From Callorhinchus milii (lineage: Eukaryota): 64,000 bases of DNA. Shown one piece after another: positions 52,526 to 64,000 of this stretch. The notes beneath the pieces were generated by a model. That model did not search any database, was not told the DNA's origin, and was given only the letters and a program-made list of their open reading frames with translations. The first letter of the stretch is position 1, and every line of letters starts with the position of its first letter. The stretch spans positions 50,656,001 through 50,720,000 of the forward strand of contig NW_024704742.1 in NCBI RefSeq assembly GCF_018977255.1, given 5' to 3'. The translations under genes were made by a program, and so were the position numbers.

Positions 52526-55056
52526 AATGTGCAGCAGAGTGTTATTCTAATGTTGAGGCTGATGTTCGATGTGTTAGGGTGGAGTTGAATAAGATTTGCT
52601 CTGCATCTGGTTACTATACACCTAACCTGAGAGTGCTTGATGTGGATACAATGTGTTTGAAATGGGAAACTATTCCACTTGGCTTGACATGCGCTAAAAT
52701 TCCCTTCAGGAAGCTTCTATTTTTAAAAAGGTACTCTCCATTCTAAATTGGTTGTGTTCACAGAGGTGAGGGATTCCTGCACAAAACAATAAAATATTTT
52801 CCCATTTCAGATTCCGAACGTCAACATCAAGTGCCCTCAGGTCTGATATATGATACACAGGAACAGAATAAATTCTCTTCTGCTCTGTCCCTGCCCTGAA
52901 CTCCAAACTGCCCCCCTGCCTCCCCACCTCCAGCCCCCCATCATTTTCCTGTACTATTATGGGAGTATTCTATTTCCTACACCAGCTATCCGTATGGACC
53001 CTGAGCCAGATTAACAATACAGTATTGTGAAGCTACACCTCCCAAGAACTGCGTTGAGAGAGCATAAATCAATTCCACTTTCCTCGCCAACCCCAGTCAT
53101 CAGGCTAGATTAGAAGACTCCCCTCCCACAAGTTTCTTCAATATATGCTGAACAGCATCAAATGCAACTCACATTCTCAGAGCACTTATAGAGCAGTTTC
53201 ACTCTTTACCTACATATGCCCACAATTGTCTGGGTGAAGATGGTGACGACAGAATTTATAATAATAATAATAATCCTTGCATTTCACCTCATAATGAGCA
53301 CCCTATTCCTGAATTTCCGTTTCAGAATCACACTGCTTGAACCACATATGTGAACTGGAACCAAATACACTGTTTGCTCTTTCACTACGACAAAGATAAC
53401 ACAACTTAAAGAATAAATACAGAAATATATCTATGTTTTTATCCTGGATTCAGATCTATGGCTGTAGAATATTTCTGCGGAAAATTCCACCTGGGTCTAG
53501 ATTTACCCTATGTAGTATTTTTAGAGCACCCAGAATTTGGCAAATTGTTGAATTCAGTCTTATCTCTGAATATGTTCTCTCCAGTGTTTTTTTAAAATAA
53601 CTTATCGAAAACACGCTTCAAAATTAAAGTTGCATTTAGGAATTAGTCAAATTCTGGACACTCTAAAATGCTACATAAATAATATAAATCTAGACCCAGA
53701 TGAATTTTTTCTCTGTACACATATTGACACTGGAAAACTAATCCCGAAATAAATATACATAAATATACCTATACAAGAATACCTACTAAGAATAAAAAGG
53801 TAAAATTAAAAACAAAATAGATAAAAAACCTCCCCAGTCAGGATAGATAGGCAATGGTTCTTTTATATATGGGGGCTTCTATCTAAAATATAAAGGTATA
53901 TTTCCTTATTCTGTTCAATCTATGTGTAAACTGCACAATACAATATATTATTGCGCATTAGTTACATAGATTGATTATCTTATTCACTGTAGTCACAGCT
54001 TTGTACAAGCTCTTGCAAGGTTGTTCAGGTCAATAGTTTTGTTGGCTTTCTGTTTTTATGCTGAACCATGACTCCATGCAATCTCAGTTGGATAAGACCA
54101 AATACAGATAAAAAGAGCGACATGCTGTAAAACTTTTATTACAACCATACAACAGTTTTATTTTCACCAGAATGTTAGCACAGTAGACTTAACCAATGGA
54201 AGTTGAAATAGTCATTTGACCAAGCCTTCTCATTTTTGTCTTTTAACGTCAAGAGGAAAGCAGCATCTTAACTACTGCGAAGAAACTCTTTGGAGTTATT
54301 CAAAGAATTGCAAGGTAACCTGAAGGAGGAATTCACCTTTGTTGGAGAGGGGCAGTTTGATAAGAATAATCCTTGATTTTAATAATCCTTGCATTTGATA
54401 GAATGCCTTATCACACTGTTGAGACGTCTTAGAAGTGATTCACAGAATACATTGTAAAGTTATGTGGGCAAAATGTGGCAGCCAATTGCACACAGTGGTG
54501 TCCCACAAATAGTCATGAATTTAGTTTTTTTTAAAAAGCAGGTAGTTCTTAAAGAACAAGGATCTTAGGGGAAACAAAGCTGATATGATTTAGCCAAGCT
54601 TGCCTTCTTCATGCTACAGACCATCCTCTGCAACAACCGTTTTGTCACAGACAATATGACAACTTTTGTTAAAGCCTTTCATATGAGTACCTGGATTAAA
54701 CAGTTGGTGCTGAGAAAGTCTGGTACACAACTTTGGACTTGGACAGGCATCAAGTTGGCTGGCATGCCACAGGGTCCTCCCACCGTGCTGAGAGTAGACA
54801 CTTTCAAATAGTTCTCAACTCTGAGGCTTGAACCAACAGCTGCTGGAAGCTGTTACCAGGGCTTGGAATCCACCTTGATTGGTTTGCAGAAAGGTAAGCA
54901 GATGCTGCTCAAGCTGTGCACCTCTAATTTGTGAAACCATCGCTCAATGGGTCGGGACGTGTGTCCAAGCTGTAGACAGGAAGATGGTGACAATGCTCTC
55001 ATGCATTTCATACTGAGCTCAGAGGGAACTCCTGATACCTGTCAAAAACATAGTGT

Positions 55057-55357
55057 GGAGTCCTGTAGCTCAGTGGTTAGAGCACTCGCTTTGCAAGCGA
55101 GAGACCTGAGTTCAATTCCAGGCAGAGGGCGAAACCTTGGCCAAGTTTCCTTACTCCACACAGAGCCTAATAATAATCCCTCCAAAACCAAAAAATTGGC
55201 CTTTTTCAATCTACGACTGTTTGTGGGACATTGCTGTGCGCAATTGACTGCCGCGTTCGCCCACAAATATACAGTCAATTCACTTTACAGTGTGTTCTGT
55301 GAAGCGCTTTGGGACGTCCTCCCGACGTGAAAAGCGCTATATCAAATGCAAGGATAA
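55057..55357 (+). mobile_element. short-subfamily tRNA(Ala)-SINE
   Basis: Head CTCGC-TTTGCAA-GCGAG; near-identical to the 60520 copy. Confidence 0.9.
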
Positions 55358-55404
55358 ATGCAACTGAGGGCTCAAAACTGTGTTTGTCAGATGTCAAATG
55401 TCCA

Positions 55405-55955
55405 ACTACAACAACAACTTGCATTTATATAGTGCCCTCCATGTGAGTAGCATCTTAGAATACTGAACAATGTTTGATGCTGAGCCAGGGAGAAAGGGAA
55501 GTTGACTGCAGGTACGGTCAGAGAAAAGTGTGATTGAAGATGGGTAAAAAAGAGGCAAAGGAGAGGGATTGAAGCAGGGAGTTCCATAGGTTTGGGGCAT
55601 AGTGGGTGAAGGCACGGCCTCCAGTGTTGGAGAGCAGAGGTTGGGGGATGGCAGAAGGCCTTAGTCGGCTGACGAAGGCCGTGAGTAGAGGAGTGCTGTG
55701 TGAGCAGGTTGGAGAAGACGGTGCGTGGGCATGAAGTGATTTGTAAGTGAGTATGAGAATCTTGAAAACAATCCTTTCTGTGACTCGGAGCCAGTGGAGC
55801 CAGGCTGGGGTGTTGGGGATGAAGAGTTTGCTATGGGTGAGGATACGAGCTGTGGACTTTGTGATTGATGAAGCTGTGGAGGCCAACAAGGAGTGCATTG
55901 GAGAAGTCAATGTGGAAAGTGACAAAGGCATGGGTGAGGGTTTCATCAACATTGA
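55405..55955 (-). mobile_element. L2 3' fragment
   Basis: LHWLRVTERIVFKIL motif and (GTT)n tail. Confidence 0.85.
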
Positions 55956-57689
55956 GTGTTCGGGGAACTAGTGACTATCCTCCTTGAGGGGTAAGTAAAT
56001 AGAGTCTCCTTAGAACCAAGTCAATCCTTTGTGGTGGTCTCCGTAGTCCGATTCCTGAACCAGGCCAGTCCACAGTATTCCACAACACTGATGACAGCAC
56101 AGCCAGTCTGGCTCATCAGCAGGACTAGAAAGGGCAGACCAGCCATTTAGGCCTGAGGCGTTTCCCATTCAAACATGTTGCATGGCAGTGCTTTGTGATT
56201 TCAGCTGGTTACAATCCAGCAGTACCTCAACGCACACTTTGGAGACCCAATCCTTGTCTCTTGCCAACCTGCACCTAATACTTTCCAAAATTTAGGTAAA
56301 CAGCTAAAATATCAGGTGGAAATCAATTTAGTCAACACATGTTTACATTTTTCAGGTTATCAGTACCATTATCTGAATACATTGCTTACTTAAAAAAAAT
56401 CGACATTTGCCACATTTCTGACCAACAATATAAATAGGATATTTTTTTAAGAAAAAGTGAATCATGCTCCAGGCTCTACAACCAAGTGTTCAGGTTCAGC
56501 ACAAAATGCTAACATGTTTATTTACATTCAGTTCTCCAAATGATTATTCAACTTCATTGCTATTTGACTACAACAACAAAATTACATTTATAGAGCGCCT
56601 TTCATGTCGGGAGGACGTCCCAAAGCACTGGACAGTCAGGGGTCGGGACCTGAGCATGGGGGAGGGGTGGGGTAGGAGTGAGGGAAGGGAGAAAGGTGGG
56701 AGAGCGACCGAAGGCACGATCGAAGAGAAGACTATCTCTCTTTAACTATTTATAATCATTATGTACTATTTGTTTTAACTGCTTTATTCAACTAAAATTA
56801 CTATGTTTTAATCCCCAAATAATGGGAAAGTAGGCATCTTTATTTGGAGACTTGTTTGATCACATTTCAGATATACAGTATATCAGACCAGCAGCCGAGC
56901 CTCACTGAGCTAATGTTTCTGTTGGGAATTTTCTTTCGCATGAAAGTACCCTACAAATGTCATGATCTATGGAGGTCAAATTTTCTTCATTAACCCAGGG
57001 TCAACATGCTTTAACATGAGAATGAGCTCAACATTGTTCATCCGCACAACATACATATTCAACATGCATATTCAACCTCGCCTCAGGCAATGTGTTTTTG
57101 ATTCTCAGAGCGATGAACCATGGTATAGTCTGACACCAAACCGGGGAGCCAGGGGTAATAATTGTTAAAAATCTGTCTTGTATTTTCATACAAATGTTTA
57201 ATTAAAAATTACAAAAGCAGCCTGCAAGTTATCCAACGTTGAAGGAACTTACTTAATAATAATAAAATAATAGTGCCATCTCAAGACAGGCAAACCTTCT
57301 TTTAAAGATTTTGCCTAGAAATTGTTAACAATGTAAATGGTGATCTAGTTTTCAGATGTAAAATTCATGCCAGGGACTTGGTGGCATTCCAAAACAAAAA
57401 ATATATGACAACTAGTGACACAGTTCACTTCTGACCACCTCCCTCCTCCAATACTTCTCAAAAGGATTCACTGTGAAATACAGATTTTTTACAATTAGCA
57501 CTTTATTCTCCGAGACAAGATGGTACCCTACATGACGGGAGCTCTATAAATACTGTATATAAACAATAAAGTTATTGTTGTATTCACACCATTTTCTGCA
57601 AACTGTATTCTTACTAACTGTATTTCTGCATCTCAGAACATGTAGACTTTATTGTAAATTTGACATCTCCGATATCAGCCTGCGATTGT

Positions 57690-58230
57690 GGAGCTACATG
57701 AACAATACAACAACGTCTCGGAATGATCAACAATGGCATAATCCGACCTCGAGTTGGGGAGAAAGGGGAGGTGATCATCAGCACCTGAGAAGAGGAAAGT
57801 CTTCAGGTGCGATCTAAAAATAGGTAAAGCGGGGGCAAGGCATTGGGATTGAGGTAGGGAGTTCCAGAAATTCAGGGTGTAGTGACTGAAAGCACGGGCA
57901 TCAATGGTGGAGAGGAGGAGTCGAAGGACAAGCAGAAAACCTGAGATGGCTGATTGAAGGCGGCGGGTGGAGGAGTGGGTATGAGCAGGTTGGAGAGGTA
58001 GGATATGCCAGGGCATGAAGTGATTTGTAGGCAAGTGTGAAGATCTTGAAATTGAACCGTTCTGCCAGGGGAGCCTGGTAAGGACTGAGGTGATGGGGGC
58101 GAGGAGATTGGTAGTGATGAGGATACAAGTGGCAGAGTATTGAACTAGTTGGACTTTGTAAATGGTGAAGCTGGGAAGACTGGCGAGGAGTGCATTGAGA
58201 AATGGAGGTGGGAGATGACAAAAGCAACCA
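57690..58230 (-). mobile_element. L2 3' fragment
   Basis: NALLASLPS...VQLVQYSA motif. Confidence 0.82.
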
Positions 58231-58397
58231 ATGTTCAGCAATACAAACAGGCAGAAAAGAATTTGCTTACGTCTGCACCTGCACTATTGAATTTACTATT
58301 CACACACACATACCATTCACATAATATTCACCTCTGACCACACATCTATTTGTAGAGTTACAGGTCGGGTCTGATTCGGGGGATGATCAAGGAGAAT

Positions 58398-59344
58398 AAA
58401 AAGAAAATTTGTACATGGAGTTTCATGAACAAAGCAACTCCAGGAAAGGATCAAGGACTCTGTAACCTAGGAACTTAAGCCTTAAAACTCCCAGCAACTT
58501 AATGTTGTTCTTGGCTTTATATAGTATGGGATACTAATCGTCTAATAGCCACACAGAATGATAGATTATAACAAACTTACACTTTCTGTATCATTTCCCA
58601 ATCATCCTCCAAAGTCATACATGAATCCTCTCCAACGGGAGCAAATAAATATTTTGGAGGAGTGGGGTATGAGCAGGTTAGAAGTCGGGATATGTTTGGG
58701 CATGATGCTCTCAGCGACGCTACCTCACGTGAAGGGCACTATATAAATGCAAGAATATACTGTAAAGTGGATTGATTGTGTATTTTATGGGCAAAACTTG
58801 GTAGCCAATTGTGCACAGCAGTGTCCCACAAACAGTCCTGGATTGAGTGACCAAACGCTTATTTTTTTTGGAGGGATTATTACCCCTGGAAAGCAATCCG
58901 AATCGACTAACAACTGGGTTCCGACTTACTTTGAGGGAAACGAGAGGCGTGTAGAGGAACAAAACTTGCCTAAGGTTTCGTCCCACATGGAAGTCAAACC
59001 CGGGTCCTCTCGCTTGCGAGGCGAGTGCTCTAACTGTATGTTACAGGACTCCTCTTTTTCTCCTTGAGATGCTCAAAGAAGAAAAAAAGTTTGTACATGG
59101 AGTTTCACAAACTAAGCAACTCCAGGAAAGCACCAAGGACATAGTAACCTAGGAAATGAAGCCTTAAAACCCAGCAACTTAAGTATGTTCTAGGCTTTAT
59201 AAAGTCTCAGATTCGAATCGTCCAATATCCACATAGAACAATAGACTATAACAAACTAACATTTTCTGTAACATTTCCCAATCCCCTCTGAAACCTTTGC
59301 CATCCAAGGTCATACGCGAACACTCTCCAACAGGAGCGAATAAC
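58398..59344. repeat. ~250-bp diverged direct repeat pair (58398-58650 and 59078-59344)
   Basis: Both read tttgtacatggagtttca...aagcaactccaggaaag...gtaacctaggaa...catttcccaatc...ctctccaac. Confidence 0.92.
58745..59052 (-). mobile_element. tRNA-derived SINE
   Basis: Same family, diverged. Confidence 0.85.
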
Positions 59345-59516
59345 TATTTGTTAACAAGATAGCTAGAATTGTTTCCACTGATGGTTCATGACATAATCCC
59401 TACAGCAAACGTGTTGAAGGTGGGTCAGTAAAATCTAAGTACCTTGTGCTGTGCACACTGAAATCAAACCAAGAGCATGACAGTCACTGGCAAGTACAGT
59501 GTCGAGGTTATCTTAC

Positions 59517-59661
59517 CCATAAATGCTAAGAGGATTGCAAGTACACAGATGAGGGCGCAGACTGATGGAATAAGGATAAACAGCAGGAGGCGGAGGTGCT
59601 TGACAGATCCCATCTTCTGAGGAATAGCGTCGCCCACACCACCTTCATCTGTGCCCGGCAT
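59517..59661 (-). CDS. corin: corin exon 2 equivalent: cytoplasmic tail and signal-anchor TM (MPGTDEGGVGDAIPQKMGSVKHLRLLLFILIPSVCALICVLAILLAFMG)
   Basis: 145 nt; gagcag|ATG acceptor, G|gtaag donor; resembles mammalian QKLxTANLLRFLLLVLIPCICAL. Confidence 0.95.
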
Positions 59662-60519
59662 CTGCTCAAGGAGTAAAGAGAGAAAGACACCAGTGACTTT
59701 ATCAGCTTGCTGTGGTTCACAAACACCGAGTGCAGATGAATCACATATAAAAAAAATTTAAAAAAGGAATAAAACGGTGGCAAGATTCAGATTTACAATT
59801 TCATGTCACAGCCCTGGAGTTGTTCTGGGTTTTGGGGTCAGGATTTCTCAGGCGAGGTTAATGTTTGGTGATCAGCACACAGGCAGGTAAGGCTGCCTTG
59901 CAATTGCTCCAATGCAACCAACCAATTCATTGCAGTGAAACAAACATACATTGAAACAGAGGGAATTGACAGTAGTGTTGAACATCCCCGGGTGCAATTT
60001 AACACTCGTGCAATTTTTTTTTTAAAAATGTTAGAAATTATTTGAATGTTGAACGCTTTCCAAATCGAAATTGTGCAGTCGTGTCGTTTCTGTTTAGACG
60101 AATAAAATAACATCAGAGAGACCCCTCGAGCTGGACTCGAACACACAAGGAGTTTGCTGCAACTCTGCTGCGCCTTTGCTTTGCAAAGTGCTGCGAGGTA
60201 TTATATAGCTGATCCAACCCCTCACTCCTCAGGGTGCGATCACTCAATGTTAGGACTTCAATAGTTTCCCCTGCAACCATTTCAAGACCTGGTTTCCAGC
60301 AAACAGCCGATTAAACTGGTGGGAACTGAAATACACACAGGATCTGCTCAAGACCCCCATGTACAGGGTATCCAACTGCCATCAGTTCAATCGTCGCCTG
60401 TTTGCTGTCAGTGAGATCTTGAAAAGGGTTGAAGGGCATCAATTGAACTCCTAATATTTTGCGTTTCCAATGACCCATCTCGGCTTCTCCTTGGTTCTGA
60501 GTCACCGCTCTCACATGAT

Positions 60520-60870
60520 GTCCTGTAACTCAGTGGTTAGAGCACTCGCTTTGCAAGTGAGAGACCTGAGTTCAATTCCAGGCAGAGGGCGAAACCTTGG
60601 GCAAGTTTCCTTACTCCACACAGAGCCTAATAATAATCCCTCCAAAACCAAAAACAATAACAAATCGGTCATTTTCAATCTACGACTGTTTGTGGGACAT
60701 TGCTGTGCGCAATTGGCTGCCGCGTTCGCCCACAAATACACAGTCAATTCACTTTACAGTGTGTTCTGTGAAGCGCTTTGGGACGTCCTCCCGACGTGAA
60801 AAGCGCTATATCAAAATGCGAGGATTATTATTATTATTATTATTATTATCATTATTATCATTATTATAAC
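60520..60870 (+). mobile_element. short-subfamily tRNA(Ala)-SINE with an (ATT)n tail
   Basis: Near-identical to the 55057 copy. Confidence 0.9.
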
Positions 60871-60879
60871 TATGATCCC

Positions 60880-61320
60880 AAACGTCCGAGCGGAGTCCCC
60901 GCAGCGGCGCACTGCTGCTGCTTTGCGGTAATGTTTGCAGATTGTGTGCCCGATCTGATCCGTCATTAAACAGAGTTCTCCCATCGTGTCTTTCGGATGT
61001 CCGCCCCGTTTGGAGCACTCGCTGTTGGTGAGCGGTGCCACACTCCCTCCCACTCTCACAGCTTTCCTGTCCAACAGATAAAGTTACATACACTCACCCC
61101 CACAGCGGCCGCTCACACCGTGAACTTCACAAAGGAGACATAGAGGTCGTGGCTGTTGCTGTGCACTAACCTGTACGATGCACTAAGACAGACTGAGCTG
61201 CATGAACCCCCCACCTCTCCTGACTGCCCTCCCGGGTTATAACCCGCCGCTCACTCTCACTGCTCTCAGCCTTTCCACCGCAACAACGTAGTGTGGAGGT
61301 GGGAAACATTATCGCGCACA
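60880..61320 (-). promoter_or_regulatory. CpG-enriched candidate internal promoter or non-coding first exon
   Basis: Visible CpG density; TTATAA at 61237-61242; GGG|gtgagt donor at 61098/61097; AGATAA (GATA) at 61076-61081. Confidence 0.3.
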
Positions 61321-61726
61321 CAACACAACACAACACAACACAACACAACACAACACAACACAACACAACACCACACCACACAACACAACACAACACAACA
61401 CAACACAACACCACACAACACAACACAACACAACACCACACAACACAACACAACACAACACAACACCACACCACACAACACAACACCACACAACACCACA
61501 CAACACAACACAACACCACACCACACCACACAACACCACACAACACCACACAACACCACACAACACAACACAACACCACACCACACAACACAACACCACA
61601 CAACACAACACCACACAACACAACACAACACCACACAACACAACACAACACAACACAACACAACACCACACAACACAACACAACACCACACAACACCACA
61701 CAACACAACACAACACAACACAACAC
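61317..61726. repeat. (ACAAC/ACACC)n pentanucleotide array
   Basis: Seen directly. Confidence 0.98.
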
Positions 61727-61877
61727 GGTGGTATTTTTACCCAAAGTCTCCGTGTGCGCAATAAACAAGTCAGTCAGGAGGCAGATCTCTTACAGTCTGT
61801 CTCTCTGGGAACGCACTGCCAGGCAGCGAAGCCAAGGCATTTACACTGCCAAGGCTGCCAGCCCAGCCGTGCCACTA

Positions 61878-62179
61878 CCAGCCAGTCTGCCAGTCTGTCT
61901 GCCTGTCTGTCAGTCTGTCTGCCAGTCTGTCAGTCTGCCAGTCTGTCAGTCTGTCTGTCTGTCAGTCTGTCAGTCTGCCAGTCTGTCTGCCTGCCTGTCT
62001 GTCAGTCTGCCTGTCTGTCAGTCTGTCTGTCTGTCAGTCTGTCTGTCTGTCAGTCTCACAGTCTGTCTGCCTGTCAGTCAGTCAGTCAGTCAGTCAGTCA
62101 GTCAGTCAGTCAGTCTGTCTGCCTGTCTGCCTGTCTGCCTGTCTGCCTGTCTGCCTGTCTGCCTGTCTGCCTGTCTGCC

Positions 62180-62211
<32 letters not shown>

Positions 62212-62398
62212 AGTCTGTCAGTCTGCCTGTCTGCCTGTCTGTCTGTCTGTCTGTCTGCCTGCCTGTCAGTCTGCCTGCCTGCCTGCCTGCCTGCCAGCCT
62301 GCCAGTCTGCCAGTCTGTCTGTCAGTCTGCCTGTCTGTCAGTCTGTCTGTCAGTCTGTCAGTCTGCCTGTCTGCCTGTCTGTCTGCCTGCCTGTCAGT

Positions 62399-62429
<31 letters not shown>

Positions 62430-62593
62430 CCAGCCTGCCAGTCTGTCTGTCAGTCTGCCTGTCTGTCAGTCTGTCTGTCAGTCTGCCTGCCTGTCAGTCT
62501 GCCTGCCTGTCAGTCTGCCTGCCTGCCTGCCAGCCTGCCAGTCTGTCTGTCAGTCTGTCTGTCTGTCTGTCAGTCTGTCAGTCTGTCTGTCTG
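61878..62593. repeat. compound (CTGT/CAGT/CTGC)n tetranucleotide array
   Basis: Seen directly. Confidence 0.98.
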
Positions 62594-62670
62594 TGCTCCG
62601 GACACTGGAGATCACCTGTCGGCACCGGTGGAAGGTTTAGCAGCAGTGAGGTACTATCCAGGCATCTTAC

Positions 62671-62742
62671 CTGTCGGTTTTGTTTTATATTCACATCTTC
62701 ACTTGTCAGGTCGGACACAGAGCAAACCCACCCTGTGCTGAA
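62671..62742 (-). CDS. corin: candidate upstream corin exon for a long cytoplasmic tail (FSTGWVCSVSDLTSEDVNIKQNRQ)
   Basis: 72 nt, phase 0-0; tttaatcag|TTC and CAG|gtaaga; splices in frame to exon 2; only weak remembered similarity to the rodent long tail. Confidence 0.55.
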
Positions 62743-63564
62743 CTGATTAAACAGTGCAAGAACGTTTTCGTTTTCAAAAAAATATATATTTTGGAGACAG
62801 AAGTCTTTCTGTTTAGGTCTGAGTTGCTTTTTGGGGACTGATCTCACGCCCTGTGTGTGAACATCAATCATTCAGTTCCCAAGTCTGAATCCGACCATCA
62901 CTGGTCTTGGCCATTCGTGCTTTGGTCTTTACAATTTAAACTGTTGCAATTTAAAGAGAGATGGACAGCATTTACCCAAAGACAAACGCACACTGGGAAT
63001 AACAGGACTGCAAATATAAGAAGAGATCGTTTCAAACAGAGGTCACGTTTCAAATAGGCAACTTTTAACTTCCAGCCATTTCCCAAATCGAATCAGCAGT
63101 TCTTGAACAGTCACATCCCGTTATTAAACCCTCCAAATACTTTATGATAAGAGCAAAAAAAAAATACTGCTGGACCAAAGAAGACCAAGGTCTATCCAGT
63201 TCGCCTTCCACCACCCTGTCAGTCGCAAGCACATGCCATGTCCCAACCTATATAGTTTATCCTGAGATATTATTTCCTAAAATAAATCTATAATTCTAAT
63301 TATAGTTACCACAAGTGTACTATTTGGACAAAACACTGCCTCAACGACCATGTGGAAGTCTTCCCCACCTTGGGAGTGCATTTCGATCCATTAGGGATCA
63401 AAGAAGCTGCACAAAACAAACTCCAACCTCCTGCTCGGATTTTACACAGCATTTCAAGTTTTCATTCAACAGAGCTCTTCGCTATCTTCCACGTGAAGAG
63501 TTCCCTGTGGGCAGCACCTGCCCACACCCGTACCGTTCCCCAAACACTTTGCAGCTCAACTTAC

Positions 63565-63622
63565 CTTCAGTAAGTCACCCCAACAAGTGTGTGACACAGC
63601 TGATCCGTCAGCTGATCGGGAT
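63565..63622 (-). CDS. candidate further-upstream corin exon (xSRSADGSAVSHTCWGDLLK) or 5'UTR exon
   Basis: Perfect AAG|gtaagt donor in phase 0; possible tgtttcag acceptor; no in-frame ATG nearby. Confidence 0.35.
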
Positions 63623-63870
63623 CTGAAACATTCGCACTCAAAAACAGCTAAAGTTGCATTGCGCAATAACACTTAAACTCACACACACACACACACACAC
63701 TCTCTCTCTTTCTGCATTTGGTAGTTGCAGGAATATGATCGTGTGAGAGTTAGTCCTTTCGAAACATTTTTCACTGTTTTCTTTCACGATTCGCAATACA
63801 TCTCTAAACGAGAACTCCAAACGCTCCTCCCTTTGCGGACTCGGTTTAGTTAGCACCCGATCTCACCTCA

Positions 63871-63901
<31 letters not shown>

Positions 63902-63969
63902 CAAATAAACGCACGGATCGTTCATCACGAGGAGGTCGAAAAATAAACGCAGAGCAACTGAAAAGTCCG

Positions 63970-63970
<1 letters not shown>
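63600..63970. promoter_or_regulatory. CpG-enriched 5' region, candidate promoter-proximal
   Basis: Many CpGs compared with the CpG-poor introns; upstream of all exons found. Confidence 0.3.

Positions 63971-63971
<1 letters not shown>

Positions 63972-64000
<29 letters not shown>
63972..64000. repeat. (TA)n microsatellite running to the window end; (CA)n tracts at ~63680 and ~63871
   Basis: Seen directly. Confidence 0.97.

Noticed and set aside
55057..55130. Apparent tRNA-Ala(TGC) genes (also ~6050, 20360, 28060, 60520)
   Set aside because: The acceptor stem does not close and each runs into SINE body or tail sequence, so these are SINE heads
58398..59344. LTR pair
   Set aside because: No TG...CA termini, PBS or PPT; the interior is SINE and L2 sequence
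61166..62746. Long ORFs (482, 330, 200, 157, 151, 150 aa)
   Set aside because: Stop-free translations of microsatellite arrays in several frames on both strands
63638..63856. 72-aa minus-strand ORF as the corin first coding exon
   Set aside because: Non-ATG start, runs through (GA)/(GT) repeats and stops before the 63565 donor; no recognisable similarity

Overview
Eukaryotic, repeat-rich vertebrate DNA, probably from a cartilaginous fish (inferred from the repeat types: Ala-tRNA-headed SINEs with L2 tails, Deu-domain SINEs, L2/CR1 LINEs and Penelope-type repeats). The window lies inside the 5' three-quarters of a minus-strand corin gene (type II transmembrane serine protease, pro-ANP convertase). 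I reconstructed 15 consecutive coding exons (59661 down to 2174; 2435 nt, phase-compatible, no stops). They encode TM anchor, Ser/Thr-rich stem, Frizzled-1, LDLa1-5, Frizzled-2, LDLa6-8 and the first half of SRCR; the protease exons lie beyond the left edge. Two to three candidate 5' exons lie at 61-63.6 kb. Most notable observations: (1) two otherwise consensus corin splice sites lack their invariant G (LDLa1 acceptor AG>AT, LDLa5 donor GT>CT), each with in-frame cryptic rescue sites nearby; (2) three Penelope-type repeats carry minimal hammerhead-ribozyme motifs with covarying stem II, one with an intact core in the corin sense strand; (3) a near-perfect tail-to-tail L2 hairpin; (4) recurrent fold-back rearrangements of SINE tRNA heads; (5) a (TTTC)n tract that leaves the LDLa8 acceptor without a normally placed branch adenosine. 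I found no convincing wholly new multi-gene system. Most ORF-track entries are repeat or intron artefacts. Exon numbering and comparisons to mammalian corin are from memory and should be verified.
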